Source: Burkholderiales bacterium (GTDB taxonomy: Bacteria; Pseudomonadota; Gammaproteobacteria; Burkholderiales; JBDZVW01). Taken from it: 64,000 bases of DNA. The position numbers and the translations under genes were made by a program. Location: the NCBI GenBank assembly GCA_035700525.1, contig DASSON010000080.1:16041-80040 (forward strand), written 5' to 3'. This document shows, one piece after another, positions 30,676 through 40,037 of the stretch. Positions within the stretch are counted from its first letter, which is position 1, and every line of letters begins with the position of its first letter. Below the pieces are notes generated by a model. That model was given only the letters and a program-made list of their open reading frames with translations, made no database searches and was not told where the DNA came from.

Positions 30676-31983
30676 TCAATCTCGGGGCGCTGTACCGATC
30701 ACCCGGTTCGCCGGAAATCGAACGCTGAAACAACTGCCCTTTCCCGGCTCGCTGACGACGTCGAGGATCGCCTGGTGGCGCATGACGACGTGCTTGACGA
30801 TCGCCAGTCCGAGCCCGGTGCCGCCGGTCGCGCGCGAGCGGCTGCGGTCCACCCGGTAGAAACGCTCGGTCAGCCGCGCGATATGCCGGCGGTCGATGCC
30901 AATGCCGCTGTCCGTCACGGAGAACACGCCGCTGCCGTCCGCAATGCGCCACGCGAGCTCGATGCTGCCGCCGGCCGGCGTGTAGCGGATCGCATTGCTC
31001 ATCAGGTTGCCGAACGCGCTGTGCAATTCGGTTTCCGCCCCGCGCAGCACCGCGTCCTGCGCGATTGCCAGCGTGATCCGGTGCTGCCCGGCGGAAAGCG
31101 TCAGCGCCTCATCATGCACCGCCTGCAGCAGCTGGGCGACGGCGACGTGTTCTTCGCGCAGTACGTTGCCACTGTTTTCCAGCGCCGACAGTACCAGCAA
31201 ATCCTCGATCAGACGCTGCATGCTGCGCGTCTGGACCAGCATCAGATCCACGTAGTGCTGCAACTGTTCCCGCGCGGGATCGGTATCTTCGATCGTTTCC
31301 AGAAACCCGGCCACGACGGTGAGCGGCGTCTTCAGTTCATGCGAGACATTGGCGACAAAATCGCGGCGCACGGTCGTCACCCGTTCCAGCTCACTGACGT
31401 CACGGCTTATCACAAGCCTTCGATCGACGCCATAACGCACGATCTGCACTGACAAAACGGGTTCCGATTCCCGTTCCGAGCGCAACACCAATGGCTCGCT
31501 GTAGTCATCCGCCTCCAGATAAGCGCGAAACTCCGGCTGGCGAACCAGGCCGAGAATCGGTCGCTTCATATCGCGTTGGCGGTCAATGCCGAAGTGGCGC
31601 TGCGCGGCAGCGTTGCTCCACTCGATATGATGCATGCCGTCCAGCGCAATGACGCCGTCGGGCAGTGCCTGTGCCGCGTTTCGGAAACGTTCGAGCACCA
31701 TCGCCAGCTCGCTCTCGCGGCGCACCCGCTGGCGGGCGAAACGATACAGCTTCGAAAACACCGGAGCCCATGCGCCGGACGCATCCGGCAGCGGAACCTG
31801 CAACGGGCCATCCAGCCATCGATCCAACCGGTGAAGATTGCGCGCGTGCAGAAAAACGATGATCGCGAGGCCGGCCGCGACAGCCGCCAGCGCCCACGCA
31901 ATGCCAGCCGCGAGCCACACTGCCAGCGCTGCGACGACGATCATTCCGCACGCTGACAGCGTGCGCTTTACGACGGCGGTCAT
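30676..31983 (-). CDS. phoR: Phosphate regulon sensor histidine kinase
   Basis: 435 aa. Two N-terminal TM helices, a PAS-like segment, H-box SHELKTPLT and an HATPase domain. Downstream of phoB. Confidence 0.9.
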   Translation of the reverse strand: MTAVVKRTLSACGMIVVAALAVWLAAGIAWALAAVAAGLAIIVFLHARNLHRLDRWLDGPLQVPLPDASGAWAPVFSKLYRFARQRVRRESELAMVLERFRNAAQALPDGVIALDGMHHIEWSNAAAQRHFGIDRQRDMKRPILGLVRQPEFRAYLEADDYSEPLVLRSERESEPVLSVQIVRYGVDRRLVISRDVSELERVTTVRRDFVANVSHELKTPLTVVAGFLETIEDTDPAREQLQHYVDLMLVQTRSMQRLIEDLLVLSALENSGNVLREEHVAVAQLLQAVHDEALTLSAGQHRITLAIAQDAVLRGAETELHSAFGNLMSNAIRYTPAGGSIELAWRIADGSGVFSVTDSGIGIDRRHIARLTERFYRVDRSRSRATGGTGLGLAIVKHVVMRHQAILDVVSEPGKGSCFSVRFPANRVIGTAPRD

Positions 31984-32047
31984 GGCCGGCCACGCGGACC
32001 GGCACCGTCTGCCGCCGAACGATTGTCTGCCGAATGGTGCACCGGAT

Positions 32048-32734
32048 CTATTCGCCGCCCAGGCGGTAACCGCTGCCGCGCACGGTCTCGATCAGCCCGT
32101 CGTGCGCCGTCGGTTCCAGTGCCGCGCGCAGGCGCCGAACGTGCACATCCACCGTGCGATCTTCCAGAAACGCATGGTCGCCCCACACCTGGTCAAGCAA
32201 TTGCGCGCGCGTGTAAACGCGATTCGGATGCGTCATCAGAAAGTGCAGCAGGCGAAATTCGGTAGGGCCCAGTGTAATCGAATGGCCGCCACCGAAGACG
32301 CGGTGCGCCGCGGGGTCGAGCCGCAGGCCGGCGATTTCGACGGCATCTTCGGTGGCGTGCGGCGTGCGCCGGCGCAGCACCGCCTTGATGCGCGAATTAA
32401 GTTCGCGCGGCGAGAACGGCTTGGTGATGTAATCGTCCGCGCCGATTTCAAGCCCCGCGACCTTGTCACGCTCCTCCGAGCGCGCGGTCAGCATGATGAT
32501 CGGGATCGCGCGCGTGCGCGCATCCTGGCGCAGCCGGCGCGCGAAATCGAGTCCCGACAGGCCCGGCAGCATCCAGTCGAGCAGCAGCAGGTCGGGCAAC
32601 GCGTCGCGGATGATCATCATCGCGCTTTCGGCGTCACCGGCCGACTGCACGCGATGGCCGGCATGCCGCAGATTGACCGCGATCAATTCCTGGATCGCGG
32701 GTTCGTCCTCGACTACGAGGATATTGGCGGACAT
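32048..32734 (-). CDS. phoB: Phosphate regulon response regulator
   Basis: ORF 32048..32872 trimmed to MSANILVVEDEPAIQELI (ATG at 32734; an alternative ATG at 32743 would add MEP). Receiver domain plus OmpR/PhoB winged helix (VDVHVRRLRAAL...GSGYRL). Confidence 0.9.
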   Translation of the reverse strand: MSANILVVEDEPAIQELIAVNLRHAGHRVQSAGDAESAMMIIRDALPDLLLLDWMLPGLSGLDFARRLRQDARTRAIPIIMLTARSEERDKVAGLEIGADDYITKPFSPRELNSRIKAVLRRRTPHATEDAVEIAGLRLDPAAHRVFGGGHSITLGPTEFRLLHFLMTHPNRVYTRAQLLDQVWGDHAFLEDRTVDVHVRRLRAALEPTAHDGLIETVRGSGYRLGGE

Positions 32735-32768
32735 GGGTTCCATCGGATCAACATGGCAATCGTAGTTT

Positions 32769-32797
32769 ATGACGATTCTGTTACGGTTTTGTGACAA
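32769..32797 (-). promoter_or_regulatory. Pho box upstream of phoB
   Basis: Minus strand reads TTGTCAC-AAAA-CCGTAAC-AGAA-TCGTCAT: three 7-mers at 11-bp spacing matching the CTGTCAT-type PhoB half-site. Followed by AAACTACGAT as a possible -10. Confidence 0.55.
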
Positions 32798-33331
32798 TCG
32801 CCAGTCCTCTGTCGGAAAGCAGCCATTAGCAGAACCATGCATCAGTCTTGCCGAATCGAATGGGTAAAGCACGCAAGAACTCGTACGATTTTCTTGACTT
32901 TTTGGGGGACAAGGAAAATACTGCGCGCCGTCGCATTAAACGGAGACACTCGTGGACAGCTGCAGTAGATACAGGTCCATCGCTGGTTAGACAGCGGGAC
33001 GCACTGGCTCGGTTGTTTCTTTCCCTGTCCCTGCCGCCGTCTCGCTGAAATAGGCGGGACGGTACGCGCAAAAGCTTCATCTTCATTCAAGCTTTACTTC
33101 GGCCCTGCCCTTGCGGGCGGCGTCGTTGCGGACCCTCCCAGGTTTTAAACGTCGTGGCCTGCCGTGCTCTGGGTAAAGCCGGAGTCGCACGTCATGGTGT
33201 GGACGGCTGTTGCCTGACATCGGTCAAGTCGTCAGCACGTCGGGGCCGTTGGAGGGACACGCGATGGGCCGAATGAAAAACACGGTGTCGCACCGTTACT
33301 TGTTCAACAGTTTGACATAACGGGTGACAAG

Positions 33332-35020
33332 ATGGACCAAATCAAGATTCCGGGCTCGCTGTTAGGGACCAATAACGAAAACCCCGAACGGCAAGCCCCC
33401 TTGCGCAAGGATGCCGTCCTCGATGACGCTCACGTCGGCGATATTCACGGCGCATTCGGGGCAATCAGCCGCAATGATCCCGTTGGGCATCGCGCCTGGA
33501 GCGATCGTCTCAAGACGCTGCTCGCCATCGTCGGTCCGGGGCTCATCGTCATGGTCGGCGACAACGACGCCGGCGCCTTCGGAACCTATACCCAGGCCGG
33601 CCAGAACTATGGCACCTCGCTGCTGTGGACACTACTGCTATTGATCCCTGTGCTTTATGTCAATCAGGAGATGGTATTGCGTCTGGGGGCAGTATCGGGC
33701 GTGGGCCACGCCCGTCTGATTTTCGAGCGCTTTGGCAAGTTCTGGGGCGCTTTCAGTGTCATCGATCTATTGCTTCTCAATGCGCTCACCCTCGTCACCG
33801 AATTTATCGGCATCAGTCTCGGGCTTGATTACCTTGGCGTGTCCAAAGTCTGGGGGGTTACGATTTCCGCTATGGTCGTCATGGTCGCTGTCAGTACCGG
33901 CAATTTCCGCCGTTTCGAGCGCTTCTCGCTGACTCTGGTCTTCGGCAGCCTGTTGTTGATTCCGGTATTTGTCATGGTTCATCCGCCTCTGGGACAGGTG
34001 ATGCACGACTTGTTTGTGCCGCAATTGCCCGAGAGCGGAAAGCTGAACGAGGTGATGTTGCTGATCATCGCCATCATTGGCACTACCGTCGCCCCATGGC
34101 AGCTCTTTTTTCAACAAAGCTACGTGGTCGACAAGCGCATCACGCCGCGTTTCATCCGTTACGAAAAAATCGACTTATGGCTCGGTATCGTGCTCGCGAT
34201 TGTCGGGGCCGTAGTGATGATGGCGTTTTGCGCGGCGACGTTTGGTGGCAGGCCCGAATTCGGGCACTTCACCAACGCGGGTGCCGTCGCCGCCGGCATG
34301 GACCGCTACTTCGGCAGAACGCCGGGTATTCTCTTCGCCCTCGCATTGATCGATGCCAGCATCATCGGTGCTGCCGCAGTGTCGCTGGCCACCGCTTATG
34401 CATTGGGCGACGCGCTTGCAATCCGTCATTCATTACACCGCAAACCGGCCGAGGCCAAGGGGTTCTATGCAGTCTATTTCAGCCTGGTCGTCTTCGCGGC
34501 GGCGTTGGTTCTTACTCCCGGCACGCCGCTCGGATTGCTCACCAATCTGGTGCAGACACTCGCCGGCGTGCTGTTGCCGAGCGCGACGGTATTTCTGCTC
34601 CTGCTTTGCAATGACAAAGCAGTACTCGGCCCGTGGGTCAACTCGCGTGGGGTCAACTTCTTCACCGGCACCGTGATTGCAGCTCTGGTGATGCTGTCAG
34701 TCATTCTGACTGCATCGGTGCTATTCCCCGGCATCACGGAGCAGCAGACTCTGGAAATTCTCGGTGATGGGACGATCGCCGCAATCCTCGTCGTGGCCGG
34801 CGTAAAGTTCTACGAGAGGCGGCACGGAATCGCTCGTGTAACAGCCACCGAACAACCCGACAAATCGCTGCGCGACAGCTGGCGGATGCCGCCGCTCAGC
34901 GAGTTGGCGCCGGCGCGGCTCACATTGATCAATCGCGTATGGATGAGTGTACTGCGTGCTTATCTGGCGATTGCCGCGGGACTGTTGTTGTTCAGGATGA
35001 TCGAGCTCTCGATCAAATAG
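33332..35020 (+). CDS. Nramp-superfamily transporter, atypical (NRMT-like metal-site residues)
   Basis: 562 aa with the Nramp fold pattern (GPGLIVMVGDNDAGAFGTYTQAGQNYGTSLLW). The canonical DPGN is replaced by DAGA (aa 79-82), and the TM6 GATVMPH is replaced by GTTVAPW (aa 250-256). Confidence 0.85.
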   Translation: MDQIKIPGSLLGTNNENPERQAPLRKDAVLDDAHVGDIHGAFGAISRNDPVGHRAWSDRLKTLLAIVGPGLIVMVGDNDAGAFGTYTQAGQNYGTSLLWTLLLLIPVLYVNQEMVLRLGAVSGVGHARLIFERFGKFWGAFSVIDLLLLNALTLVTEFIGISLGLDYLGVSKVWGVTISAMVVMVAVSTGNFRRFERFSLTLVFGSLLLIPVFVMVHPPLGQVMHDLFVPQLPESGKLNEVMLLIIAIIGTTVAPWQLFFQQSYVVDKRITPRFIRYEKIDLWLGIVLAIVGAVVMMAFCAATFGGRPEFGHFTNAGAVAAGMDRYFGRTPGILFALALIDASIIGAAAVSLATAYALGDALAIRHSLHRKPAEAKGFYAVYFSLVVFAAALVLTPGTPLGLLTNLVQTLAGVLLPSATVFLLLLCNDKAVLGPWVNSRGVNFFTGTVIAALVMLSVILTASVLFPGITEQQTLEILGDGTIAAILVVAGVKFYERRHGIARVTATEQPDKSLRDSWRMPPLSELAPARLTLINRVWMSVLRAYLAIAAGLLLFRMIELSIK

Positions 35021-35108
35021 GTCGGGCAGCGCTTCGAAGCAAAATCAACGGCCCGAAAAAGCCCCAGGATTTCTCCGGCCCCGGGCCAGATAGCGACACG
35101 CGGTTTGG

Positions 35109-36461
35109 TCACGCACCTGTCGCGCGGCGCGCCACCTCGGCGATGTGCTCCGCGCACTTCCGGATCTGGTCTTCGGGATGACCTTCGACCATCACGCGCA
35201 GCAGCGGCTCAGTGCCCGACGGCCGGATCAGCACGCGGCCGCGGCCGTCGAACTCTTTTTCCGCCGCCGCCACCGCTTCGCCGATCGCGGCATCGGCGCG
35301 AAAGTCGAATCCCTTCGCAACGCGCACGTTGACCAGCACCTGTGGGTAAAGCGTCACTGGCTGTGCCATCTCGGCAAGAGTCGTTTTTTCGGCCTGCAGC
35401 GCGGCCAGCACCTGCAGTGCCGAGACGATCGCATCGCCGGTCGTATGTTGATCGAGACACACGATATGACCGGAGTTCTCGCCGCCCAGCTGCCAGTCCC
35501 GCTCGAGCAACAGTTCGAGCACGTAGCGGTCGCCGACGTTGGCACGCGCGAACGGAACGTCGAGCGCGGCCAGCGCCTGCTCCAGCCCCAGATTGGTCAT
35601 CAGCGTGCCGGCCACACCGCCCGGCAGCCTGCCGTGCCGCCGGCGGTGGCTGGCGATGATGTAGAGCAGCAGGTCACCGTCGTAGAGACGGCCTTCCGCA
35701 TCGGCCATGATCAGACGGTCGCCGTCGCCATCGATCGCGATGCCGATGTCGGCGCCATGGTGGCGCACCGCCTGCTGCAATGCGGCCGGATGTGTCGCAC
35801 CGCACGCATCGTTGATGTTGAAGCCGTCCGGGGCGTCACTGATCGCGACCACGTCGGCGCCCAGTTCATGAAACACGTGCGGTGCCGCGTAATAGGCGGC
35901 ACCGTGCGCACAATCGACCACCAGCCGCAGCCCGCGCAGATCCGCACGCGTCGGAAAGGTGCTCTTGCAGAACTCGATATAGCGTCCCGCGGCATCGTCG
36001 ATGCGCTGCGCCTTGCCCAGGCTTGCCGTCGCGACACAGTCGAGCGGCTTGTCGAGCTCGGCTTCGATCGCCGTTTCAACGCTGTCCGGCAGCTTGTACC
36101 CGTCTCCGGCAAAAAATTTGATGCCGTTGTCCTCGAACGGATTGTGCGACGCGCTGATCACGACGCCGGCCGCGAGCCGCAGCGCGCGCGTCAAATAGGC
36201 GATGCCGGGTGTCGGCAGCGGTCCGGACAGCAGCGTGTCGATGCCGGCCGCCGCGAATCCCGCCTCCAGTGCCGATTCCAGCATGTACCCGGAAACCCGC
36301 GTGTCCTTGCCGATGAGTACCGCGGGGCGGGCGCCGTCGCCGATGCCCGTCGCCGCCAGCACCTTGCCGGCCGCATAGCCGAGCCGCATCACGAAGTCCG
36401 GCGTGATCGGCGCTTCGCCGACCCGTCCCCGCACGCCGTCAGTGCCGAAATATTTTCTCAT
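35109..36461 (-). CDS. glmM: Phosphoglucosamine mutase
   Basis: 450 aa: [12 protein letters not shown] and the phosphoserine loop [15 protein letters not shown]. Confidence 0.95.
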   Translation of the reverse strand: MRKYFGTDGVRGRVGEAPITPDFVMRLGYAAGKVLAATGIGDGARPAVLIGKDTRVSGYMLESALEAGFAAAGIDTLLSGPLPTPGIAYLTRALRLAAGVVISASHNPFEDNGIKFFAGDGYKLPDSVETAIEAELDKPLDCVATASLGKAQRIDDAAGRYIEFCKSTFPTRADLRGLRLVVDCAHGAAYYAAPHVFHELGADVVAISDAPDGFNINDACGATHPAALQQAVRHHGADIGIAIDGDGDRLIMADAEGRLYDGDLLLYIIASHRRRHGRLPGGVAGTLMTNLGLEQALAALDVPFARANVGDRYVLELLLERDWQLGGENSGHIVCLDQHTTGDAIVSALQVLAALQAEKTTLAEMAQPVTLYPQVLVNVRVAKGFDFRADAAIGEAVAAAEKEFDGRGRVLIRPSGTEPLLRVMVEGHPEDQIRKCAEHIAEVARRATGA

Positions 36462-36468
36462 GGTTGGT

Positions 36469-37296
36469 TCATTCCTGTCCCTGCACCGCAGCCAGCACCA
36501 TCAGCGCGTCGCGCGTTGCGGCAACATCATGCACGCGCACGATGTGCGCGCCGTTCTGCACTGCAATCAGCATCGCCGCGATGCTGGCAGGGACGCGCTC
36601 ATTCACTGCACGGCCGGTGATCAGACCGAGCGCCGATTTGCGTGAAAGTCCCGCGACGATCGCCGCGCCCGCTGGTTCGAATTCGCGCAAGCGACGCAAT
36701 AAGGCCAGATTATGCGCCAGCGTTTTGCCGAAGCCGAAACCGGGGTCGATCGCCAGCCTCTCGCCGGCCATGCCCGCGGCGCGCGCCGCCGCCAGCCGTT
36801 CTTCCAGAAACGCCCTCACCTCCGCCACCACGTCGTCGTAATGCGGCGCATGCTGCATGGTTTTCGGATCGCCCTGCATGTGCATGAAACACACGCCGGC
36901 ATCGGTTGCCGCCACTGCGTCCAACGCGCCGGGTGCGCGCAATGCGTTGATGTCGTTGATCATCGCCGCGCCGGCGGCGATCGCTTCACGCATCAATTGC
37001 GGTTTCTGCGTATCGACCGACAGCGGCACCGGAACGTCGCGCAGCGCATCGAGGACCGGAAGAATGCGCCGCCGTTCTTCATCCAGCGGCACGATATCCG
37101 AGCCGGGCCGGGTTGATTCGCCGCCGAAATCGAGAATGTCCGCACCCTCGTCGATCAGCCGGTGCGCCTGCGCGATGGCAGCGTCCGCCGTCGCGAATCG
37201 TCCGCCGTCAGAAAAGGAATCGGGCGTGATGTTGACCACGCCCATGATCAGCGGACGGTCCAGGGACAGTCTGAACTTGCCGCACCGGAAAAACAT
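36469..37296 (-). CDS. folP: Dihydropteroate synthase
   Basis: 275 aa with the [16 protein letters not shown] motif 17 residues after the start, the same spacing as E. coli FolP. Confidence 0.9.
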   Translation of the reverse strand: MFFRCGKFRLSLDRPLIMGVVNITPDSFSDGGRFATADAAIAQAHRLIDEGADILDFGGESTRPGSDIVPLDEERRRILPVLDALRDVPVPLSVDTQKPQLMREAIAAGAAMINDINALRAPGALDAVAATDAGVCFMHMQGDPKTMQHAPHYDDVVAEVRAFLEERLAAARAAGMAGERLAIDPGFGFGKTLAHNLALLRRLREFEPAGAAIVAGLSRKSALGLITGRAVNERVPASIAAMLIAVQNGAHIVRVHDVAATRDALMVLAAVQGQE

Positions 37297-37297
37297 G

Positions 37298-37402
37298 GTG
37301 AGGAGTAAGGTGTGAGGTGTGAGGAGTAAGGGGCTTGAAGTTTGCGGCGCGCTCGGCGCGCAGCGCTACCAACTCCTCACTCCTTACCCCTCACTCCTCA
37401 CG
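37298..37402. repeat. Heptamer-armed palindromic element, copy 2
   Basis: 37298-37332 = GTGAGGA GTAAGGT GTGAGGT GTGAGGA GTAAGGG. Core 37333-37374 contains AAGTTTGCGGCGCGCTCGGCGCGC. 37375-37402 = CCTCACT CCTTACC CCTCACT CCTCACG. Lies 1 nt from the folP ATG and 7 nt from the ftsH stop. Confidence 0.9.
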
Positions 37403-37409
37403 GGGAACT

Positions 37410-39296
37410 TCAGGTTTCCTGTGCCGGAGTCGTGGTGGCTGCCGCGGTCGGCGGCGGATCCTTCGGCGGCGGCGCAGTGGTGGCGAGTGGTTTCGGCGGT
37501 CGCGGCGGACGCCCTTCCATGATGTCGGTGATCTGGTCGGAATCGATGGTTTCCCATTCGAGCAGCGCTTTCGCCATGATCTCGACCTTGTCGCGGTTGT
37601 CCTCGATCAGCTTGCGCGCCAGGCTGTACTGTTCGTCGATGATGCGACGGATTTCAGAATCCGCCCTCTGCAGCGTCGATTCGGAGACATTCTTGTGCGT
37701 CGTGATCGAACGTCCGAGGAACACCTCGCCATCGTTGTCGCCGTAGACCATCGGCCCCATCGCCTCGCTCATGCCCCAGCGCATCACCATGTTGCGCGCC
37801 ATCTCGGTCGCACGCTCGAAATCGTTCGACGCGCCGGTGGTCATCTGCTTCATGAATATTTCTTCGGCGATGCGGCCGCCGAACAGCACCGAGATGTTCT
37901 GCAGAATATGCTCGCGATCCATGCTGTAGCGATCCTGCACCGGCAGCTGCATCGTCACGCCCAGCGCGCGTCCGCGCGGAATGATCGTCACCTTGTGCAC
38001 CGGGTCGGTTTTCGGCAGCAGCCGCGCGGTCACCGCGTGGCCGGATTCGTGATAGGCGGTATTGCGGCGCTCTTCCTCGGGCATCACGATCGAGCGGCGC
38101 TCGGCGCCCATGATGATCTTGTCCTTCGCGCGCTCGAAGTCGTCCATGTCGACCAGGCGCTTGTTGGCGCGGGCCGCGAACAATGCCGCCTCGTTCACCA
38201 GGTTCGCCAGATCGGCGCCCGAAAAACCCGGGGTGCCGCGCGCCAGGATATCGGCGCGCACGTCGGGGCCCATCGGCACCTTGCGCATGTGCACGATCAG
38301 GATCTGCTCGCGCCCGCGGATATCGGGCAGCGGCACCACCACCTGGCGGTCGAAACGGCCCGGCCGCAGCAGCGCCGGATCGAGCACGTCGGGGCGGTTG
38401 GTGGCGGCGATCACGATCACGCCGGACGTGCCTTCGAAGCCGTCCATCTCGACCAGCAACTGGTTCAGCGTCTGCTCGCGCTCGTCGTTGCCGCCGCCGA
38501 GACCGGCGCCGCGCTGGCGGCCGACGGCGTCGATTTCGTCGATGAACACGATGCACGGCGCGTGCTTCTTCGCCTGCTCGAACATGTCGCGCACGCGCGC
38601 GGCACCGACGCCGACGAACATTTCGACGAAGTCGGAACCGGAAATGCTGAAGAACGGCACCTTCGCCTCGCCGGCAATCGCACGCGCCAGCAACGTCTTG
38701 CCGGTGCCCGGATTACCGACCATCAACACGCCGCGCGGAATGCGCCCGCCCAGCTTCTGGAACTTCCCGGGATCGCGCAGAAACTCGACCAGCTCGGAAA
38801 CTTCCTCTTTCGCCTCCTCGCAGCCCGCGACGTCGGCGAACGTGACCGTGTTGTTCGATTCGTCCAGCATGCGCGCGCGGCTCTTGCCGAACGAGAACGC
38901 CCCGCCGCGGCCGCCGCCCTGCATCTGGCGCATGAAGAATATCCAGACGCCGATCAGCAGCAGCATCGGGAACCACGACACGAAGATGTTCATCAGCAGC
39001 GACGGCTCGTGCTCCGGCTTGGCGTCGATCGTGACGCCGCTCTTCAGCAGGTCAGACACCAGCCATGGATCGGACGGCGAATACACGCTGAAGTGCTCGC
39101 CATTGGTCTTGATGCCCTTCAGCACGTGGCCTTCGATCGTCACCTTGCTGATCTGGCCCTGCTTCACGGCGTCCAGAAACTGCGAATACTCCATTTGTTT
39201 CTGGACCGTATGCTGCGAACTGAACTGGTTGAACACCGTCATCAGCACCAGCGCAATGACCAGCCAGATCGCTACATTTTTAATCAGATTGTTCAA
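37410..39296 (-). CDS. ftsH: ATP-dependent zinc metalloprotease FtsH
   Basis: 628 aa. Walker [18 protein letters not shown] region, zinc site HESGHAV. Confidence 0.97.
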   Translation of the reverse strand: MNNLIKNVAIWLVIALVLMTVFNQFSSQHTVQKQMEYSQFLDAVKQGQISKVTIEGHVLKGIKTNGEHFSVYSPSDPWLVSDLLKSGVTIDAKPEHEPSLLMNIFVSWFPMLLLIGVWIFFMRQMQGGGRGGAFSFGKSRARMLDESNNTVTFADVAGCEEAKEEVSELVEFLRDPGKFQKLGGRIPRGVLMVGNPGTGKTLLARAIAGEAKVPFFSISGSDFVEMFVGVGAARVRDMFEQAKKHAPCIVFIDEIDAVGRQRGAGLGGGNDEREQTLNQLLVEMDGFEGTSGVIVIAATNRPDVLDPALLRPGRFDRQVVVPLPDIRGREQILIVHMRKVPMGPDVRADILARGTPGFSGADLANLVNEAALFAARANKRLVDMDDFERAKDKIIMGAERRSIVMPEEERRNTAYHESGHAVTARLLPKTDPVHKVTIIPRGRALGVTMQLPVQDRYSMDREHILQNISVLFGGRIAEEIFMKQMTTGASNDFERATEMARNMVMRWGMSEAMGPMVYGDNDGEVFLGRSITTHKNVSESTLQRADSEIRRIIDEQYSLARKLIEDNRDKVEIMAKALLEWETIDSDQITDIMEGRPPRPPKPLATTAPPPKDPPPTAAATTTPAQET

Positions 39297-39347
39297 AGCT
39301 GCTCCTTAAACAGCAGACAGGCTCCACGGCCTCATTTTAAACTCATT

Positions 39348-40004
39348 CTAATCGTCATTGTTAGCGTCCTGGCCACCAAATGTGCCCGAGTGTCTGTTTT
39401 TCCCCAATAAATAGACTTCGCGGCTGCGATCACGGGATGCACCCGGCTTGCGCACATGAACCTGTTCGAATACCTCGCGCATGCTTTCCCGGAATGCTTC
39501 AAAGCCCTCTCCATTAAACACTTTGACTACGAAAATACCTTGTGGTTTCAGGTATTTCCCGGCAAATTCACAGGCCGCTGCAGCAAGCTCGCAAATGCGT
39601 GCCTGATCGATTGCCGCTATACCGCTGATGTTGGGGGACATGTCGCTCAATACAAGATCGACTTCGCGATCCGCCAGCGTCCGCGTCAATTCCATGACAC
39701 AGTCAGGGTCACGAAAATCGCCGCGAATGAAATGTACGCCGGCGAGTGCCGGCATCTCCAGCAGATCGACCGCGACCACACACCCACTCCGCCCCACCGC
39801 CTGCGCCGCGACCTGCGACCAGCCGCCGGGGGCCGCGCCCAGGTCGACGACAGTCGCACCGTGGCGCAACAGACGATCACGGCGGTCGATTTCGAGCAGC
39901 TTGTACGCGGCGCGCGAACGGTAGCCTTCGGCGACGGCACGTTTGACGTAGCTGTCGGTGACGTGCTCGCGCATCCACGCCCGGCTGGTTTTGGTCCGTT
40001 TCAT
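39348..40004 (-). CDS. rlmE: 23S rRNA (uridine2552-2'-O)-methyltransferase
   Basis: 218 aa FtsJ family with the [16 protein letters not shown] motif. Upstream of ftsH. Confidence 0.9.
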   Translation of the reverse strand: MKRTKTSRAWMREHVTDSYVKRAVAEGYRSRAAYKLLEIDRRDRLLRHGATVVDLGAAPGGWSQVAAQAVGRSGCVVAVDLLEMPALAGVHFIRGDFRDPDCVMELTRTLADREVDLVLSDMSPNISGIAAIDQARICELAAAACEFAGKYLKPQGIFVVKVFNGEGFEAFRESMREVFEQVHVRKPGASRDRSREVYLLGKNRHSGTFGGQDANNDD

Positions 40005-40037
40005 CGATTACACTGGCCGCTTTTTCCGGGCAGTCCC

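Noticed and set aside
33090-33331. Calling the Nramp leader an M-box or yybP-ykoY riboswitch outright
   Set aside because: Only short local resemblances were found (GTTTGACATAAC; GGAGTCGCACGTCATGG versus the M-box AGACGCUAAUGG). The full conserved cores were not found by eye. It is kept only as a hypothesis to test with cmscan.
37335-39410. 691-aa ORF antisense to ftsH, plus several 100-400 aa alternate-frame ORFs in the same span
   Set aside because: Same GC-driven artefact. ftsH on the minus strand is unambiguous (Walker A, HESGH). The antisense products are Arg/His/Ala-rich with no motifs.
39456-40037. N-terminal two-thirds of the 357-aa ORF 39456..40529
   Set aside because: This part is antisense to rlmE and has no homology-like features. 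Only the segment from the ATG at 40038 matches YhbY.
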